64,000 nt of DNA, taken from assembly GCA_036141575.1 (NCBI GenBank), contig JAYZXF010000017.1, forward strand, positions 78,077 to 142,076, given 5' to 3'. A model generated the notes under the pieces. That model was not told the DNA's origin and ran no database searches. It was given only the letters and a program-made list of their open reading frames with translations. Of this stretch, positions 62,152 through 64,000 are shown piece by piece (position 1 is the stretch's first letter; the number at the start of each line of letters is the position of its first letter). Position numbers and translations under genes: made by a program. Source of the stretch: Pseudomonadota bacterium. GTDB lineage: Bacteria; Pseudomonadota; Alphaproteobacteria; UBA2136; JAPKEQ01.

Positions 62152-62868
62152 TTATTTGTTGCCAATCAGGCAGAGAAGCAAGATGAACTTGAAAGCATCA
62201 CTTTCAAAAACGCTGTCATCAATAGCGCCAATGATACCTGCGCCTGCAACGCATTCTTTCTGCTTGTCTGTCAGATTATTCCAACGCCCATAGTTGCCAC
62301 CTCGCTGTCTGCGATCGTAGCGACGGTCATAGCCAAGTTCACGAACTTCACCATTGCTGCAGTTGGTGGTATTGATCCGGCAGCTGGTGCGCACCTCATA
62401 GAGGTTGCCATTGCGACGGGCAAACTTGACCCACGCAGACTCACGGTTTCCGCGAATCCTATAATTGCGTTGGCTGATATAGCGGTCATCTGTATTGATG
62501 GGCTTGCGGGCCACGGTGCCGTTGCCAGTGTATGGCGTGGGCTCAGGTACAGATGTTGCGCCGCGAAGCTCTACCACGGTATTTTTGGCCGAACAGCGGC
62601 GGGGTTGGTCTAGTTGGCACCATGTGTAACGCTTGTAGCGAGACCCATTGGGACGCTCCCAAACAATATGCGCTGTTTCGTAGCGTTTGCCGTCTGTGGA
62701 GCTTCTGAACGTGCGATACCCTTCTTGCCGAATCAATTGGTGATTGGAATGAAGGCGCCAGTTGTAGATGCCGTTGTTGCCGATATTGGCGGCAGCACTT
62801 GTTGCAATGAATGCGGTTGCCAGGCTTGCAAGCACTGTGAGTGTTCTCAAAAAGCGCATGAAATGCAC
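62152..62868 (-). CDS. secreted hypothetical protein (238 aa)
   Basis: Signal peptide 'LRTLTVLASLATAFIATSAAA'. Arg/Tyr/Asn-rich body. Confidence 0.55.
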   Translation of the reverse strand: MHFMRFLRTLTVLASLATAFIATSAAANIGNNGIYNWRLHSNHQLIRQEGYRTFRSSTDGKRYETAHIVWERPNGSRYKRYTWCQLDQPRRCSAKNTVVELRGATSVPEPTPYTGNGTVARKPINTDDRYISQRNYRIRGNRESAWVKFARRNGNLYEVRTSCRINTTNCSNGEVRELGYDRRYDRRQRGGNYGRWNNLTDKQKECVAGAGIIGAIDDSVFESDAFKFILLLCLIGNK

Positions 62869-63021
62869 TCCTTTGTCTGAAAAATGAAAGAAGAGATAGG
62901 TGTATTTAAGAGTGTTATAGGCCTGAATACTCTTTTTTGCAAGGGCTTCGCAGATTGTGTGCCTATCTTCATCATAGGGTTACCTCAACCATATAGATGT
63001 AAGAAGATAGGGAGAATACAT

Positions 63022-64000
63022 ATGCCTGCTGTTGTTGTTGCGGCTGCTGGATACGCAGCTGCTCAAGGAGCTGCCGCTCTTGGACTCAGTGCAGCCACTG
63101 CTGCTTTTGCTGCTACTGCTGCCAGTACTGTGGTTGCAGCCTCTATGGCGCCAAGCAGAAGTGCATTAACTGGAAATCCTGGCCTTTCAACAACACTTAG
63201 AAGCAGCACCGAGAGCCATAAGGTGATTTATGGAACAGCCCGTACCGGTGGCGTGATTGTGCATATTAATACGGCAGATTCAACCGTGTACCCTGTTATG
63301 AATATAGAGGGGGAGGAAGAAGATTTCCTATATAAGCGTACCAACGGTATCCTTTATATGGTTGTGGCCTTTGCAGGCCATGAGGTTGAGAGTCTAGAGA
63401 CGATTTACCTTGATGGTATTCCCCTTACATTAGATGCAGAAGGAAATGTGACCAATACAGACTTTATTGGCCCAACAGATCAACATCTTGTGAATGTGAA
63501 GTTCTATACAGGGGAGAGTACTCAAACCGCAGATCCTGATATGATCCGTGATTTAGAGGAGTGGACAGACGCACACCGTCTGCAAGGTATCGCCTATGCC
63601 CGTATTAGACTTATCTATAATGATAAAGCCTACCCAAACGGTATTCCAAACATTACCGCTAAGATTAAAGGCAAGAAGCTTTATGACCCACGCACAGGCA
63701 GTACGGCTCACTCAGATAACTGGGCCCTTGCTGTAAGAGACTATCTAACGAACCCTACATATGGCCTTGGGTGTCATATCGATGAAATTCATGAAGACTC
63801 TATTATCGCCAGTGCAAATATCTCAGATGAGAGTATCCCCCTTAAAGAAGGAGGCACGATTAAGCGCTACACAGTGAATGGTGTTCTGGATACAGGGAAT
63901 ACACCGCTTATGCTCCTTGAAACTCTTACAGGGGCAGGTGCGGGTGCCTTGCCATATATTGATGGAACCTTCCGTGTGCTTGCTGGGGTATATGATATGC
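63022..64000 (+). CDS. phage tail / host-specificity (protein J, Phage-tail_3-like) protein, 3' end outside window
   Basis: My own translation; the ORF is absent from the track because it runs off the window. 'agggag' RBS. Ala-rich hydrophobic N-terminus, then 'VIYGTARTGGVIV', 'IYLDGIPL', 'WTDAHRLQGIAYARIRL', 'NITAKIKGKKLYDPRTG' and 'NWALAVRDYLTNPTYGLG'. Confidence 0.7.
   Translation, partial: MPAVVVAAAGYAAAQGAAALGLSAATAAFAATAASTVVAASMAPSRSALTGNPGLSTTLRSSTESHKVIYGTARTGGVIVHINTADSTVYPVMNIEGEEEDFLYKRTNGILYMVVAFAGHEVESLETIYLDGIPLTLDAEGNVTNTDFIGPTDQHLVNVKFYTGESTQTADPDMIRDLEEWTDAHRLQGIAYARIRLIYNDKAYPNGIPNITAKIKGKKLYDPRTGSTAHSDNWALAVRDYLTNPTYGLGCHIDEIHEDSIIASANISDESIPLKEGGTIKRYTVNGVLDTGNTPLMLLETLTGAGAGALPYIDGTFRVLAGVYDM

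Noticed and set aside
1-64000. tRNA, rRNA, tmRNA, RNase P, riboswitches, IS elements/transposases, integrases
   Set aside because: I scanned the long intergenic regions by eye for T-loop or acceptor-like motifs, rRNA signatures and transposase or integrase-like ORFs and found none. A tRNAscan, Infernal or ISfinder run is needed to be certain.
63022-64000. Calling a prophage or GTA
   Set aside because: Only a single partial tail-like gene is visible, and no integrase, att site or other phage genes lie in this window. I report it as a gene-level call only.

Overview
About 80 protein-coding genes from a mid/low-GC Gram-negative chromosome. I found no rRNA, tRNA, CRISPR array, transposase or integrase. 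The split pntAA/pntAB/pntB, NFU-type scaffold and rplM sequence suggest an alphaproteobacterium-like organism (inference only). Recognisable core genes: rplM-rpsI, ppiD, tpiA-secG, class I fructose-bisphosphate aldolase, pnt transhydrogenase, bactofilin, gamma-carbonic-anhydrase-like protein, ybjQ, cutA, a 2-TM K+ channel, a cNMP-binding protein, an NFU-type Fe-S protein, a YegD-like Hsp70 ATPase, a DEAD-box helicase, cspA, a CBS protein, and a two-partner secretion pair (TpsB plus a 1424-aa TpsA). More than half of the genes are lineage-specific hypotheticals, many in local paralog families. Main observations: (1) an XRE-type HTH fused to a full-length Form-I-like RuBisCO large subunit in which every catalytic motif I could align is replaced, followed in the same operon by a well conserved RbcS-like small subunit (5637-7670). 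(2) Eight secreted proteins at four loci share a signal peptide, an 'EGxxRQxxSLK' motif, a coiled coil and a Cys loop, but carry different C-terminal modules: a 4-Cys repeat, a Hint/BIL domain, a DUF4214-like domain, or none. (3) A structured, mosaic intergenic repeat family has 4-5 copies whose hairpins show compensatory base changes; one copy splits the pnt operon. (4) An AATCGA motif sits between stop codons and terminator hairpins at many genes. (5) Several tandem families of small paralogs and compositional islands are present. All calls come from reading the sequence and the ORF track by eye. No database search was run.
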